From Cystobasidiomycetes sp. EMM_F5 (lineage: Eukaryota): DNA of 64,000 nucleotides. This document shows, piece by piece, positions 63,248 through 64,000 of this stretch; within the stretch, counting starts at the first letter, position 1, and each line of letters opens with the position of its first letter. The translations under genes and the position numbers were made by a program. Where the stretch lies: NCBI GenBank assembly GCA_051047955.1, contig JBPGPT010000005.1, positions 558,001-622,000 of the forward strand, written 5' to 3'. The notes beneath the pieces were generated by a model. That model saw only the letters and a list, made by a program, of their open reading frames with translations. It did not search any database and was not told the origin of the DNA.

Positions 63248-64000
63248 ATGGATCCAGACGTGTCTGTCGTCGACAACTCGCAGGCTCTGACGCTGCTACC
63301 TCAGCCTATGACGGGCCAGTTGCAGCCATATGCGCCGACACCCAAATCCGCAGAAACCGCCAGCTCTTCCACGCTACGTACAGTACCGGCTTTCCTGAAC
63401 AAGTTGTACAGGTAAGCTAGTATTGTTTTGAAGCCAGGTAGTCAACCGTGATGGTTAGGCATCGCGCAACGATGGTCTGCACACTGATCATGACGCATTC
63501 CTGTATTGCCTGAACAGCATGGTCAATGATTCAACCACCGACAACCTCATACGATGGACCCCTTCTGGTACTTCGTTCATCGTTCCATCTTCCGAAAAGC
63601 TTGGCCGAGAACTCTTGCCTCGTTTTTTCAAGCACTCAAATTTTGGGTCATTTGTCCGCCAGCTCAACATGTATGGGTTCCACAAAGTGCCTCATCTACA
63701 ACAAGGAGTACTGAGACTAGAAGGCGATGCTGAGAAGGAAAAGGCGGAAATGTTGGAGTTTCGCAGCGAGAGTGAGCGAAGTTGGCTAGTGCACTAGACT
63801 TTAGTAAGTGAAACTAATGTGCATCTTCTTTGTCTAGATTTCCAACGCGACCAACCCGATCTTCTGTATTTAATCCACAGGAAGAAGGGCGCGGCCGGCG
63901 CCATAAATGATGGAGCGGATGGTCTCGCTGGGGAACAGAAAGATCAGGGACCCTCTGGCAGCCTACCGCCAGCTGCTCTAACGAAGTTTCATGGTGATCT
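63248..64000 (+). CDS. HSF-type DNA-binding transcription factor (3'-partial)
   Basis: VPAFLNKLY|SMVND..TDNLIRW, LLPRFFKHSNFGSFVRQLNMYGFHKVPHLQQG, FQRDQPDLL.LIHRKK; runs off the end of the window. Confidence 0.92.

Noticed and set aside
1..64000. Transposons, CRISPR arrays, rRNA and tRNA genes
   Set aside because: No transposase/RT motifs, terminal repeats, spaced repeats or cloverleaf structures were seen by eye.

Overview
Gene-dense, intron-rich eukaryotic DNA (short GT-AG introns with CTRAY-like branch points). The protein signatures suggest a compact basidiomycete fungus (inference). About 35 protein-coding genes can be reconstructed by hand, mostly housekeeping: SCY1, cytochrome c1 heme lyase, PRP19, PRP31, MRC1, a TFIIIC subunit, EBP2, FMN1, VPS52, IVY1-like, TRAPPC2L, thiolase and HSF. 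The main discovery is a ~1,287-nt nuclear RNase P RNA on the minus strand (50520->49234). All five conserved regions and helices P1-P4 are visible, with very large insertions in P12 (~360 nt) and P19 (~600 nt), a structured 5' flank and no Pol III terminator. Other highlights: a PRP19 gene lacking its WD40 domain that hosts an intronic snR62/U34-like C/D snoRNA; an intron-containing amylosucrase-like GH13 gene whose acid/base Glu is replaced; a Kex2-type two-domain Cys-rich secreted protein; a structured long intron in a DUF2423 gene; a Rab with a ~670-aa N-terminal extension; and a tandem pair of PSY-motif orphan paralogs. Exon boundaries were inferred by eye and family calls come from motif recognition; no searches were run.
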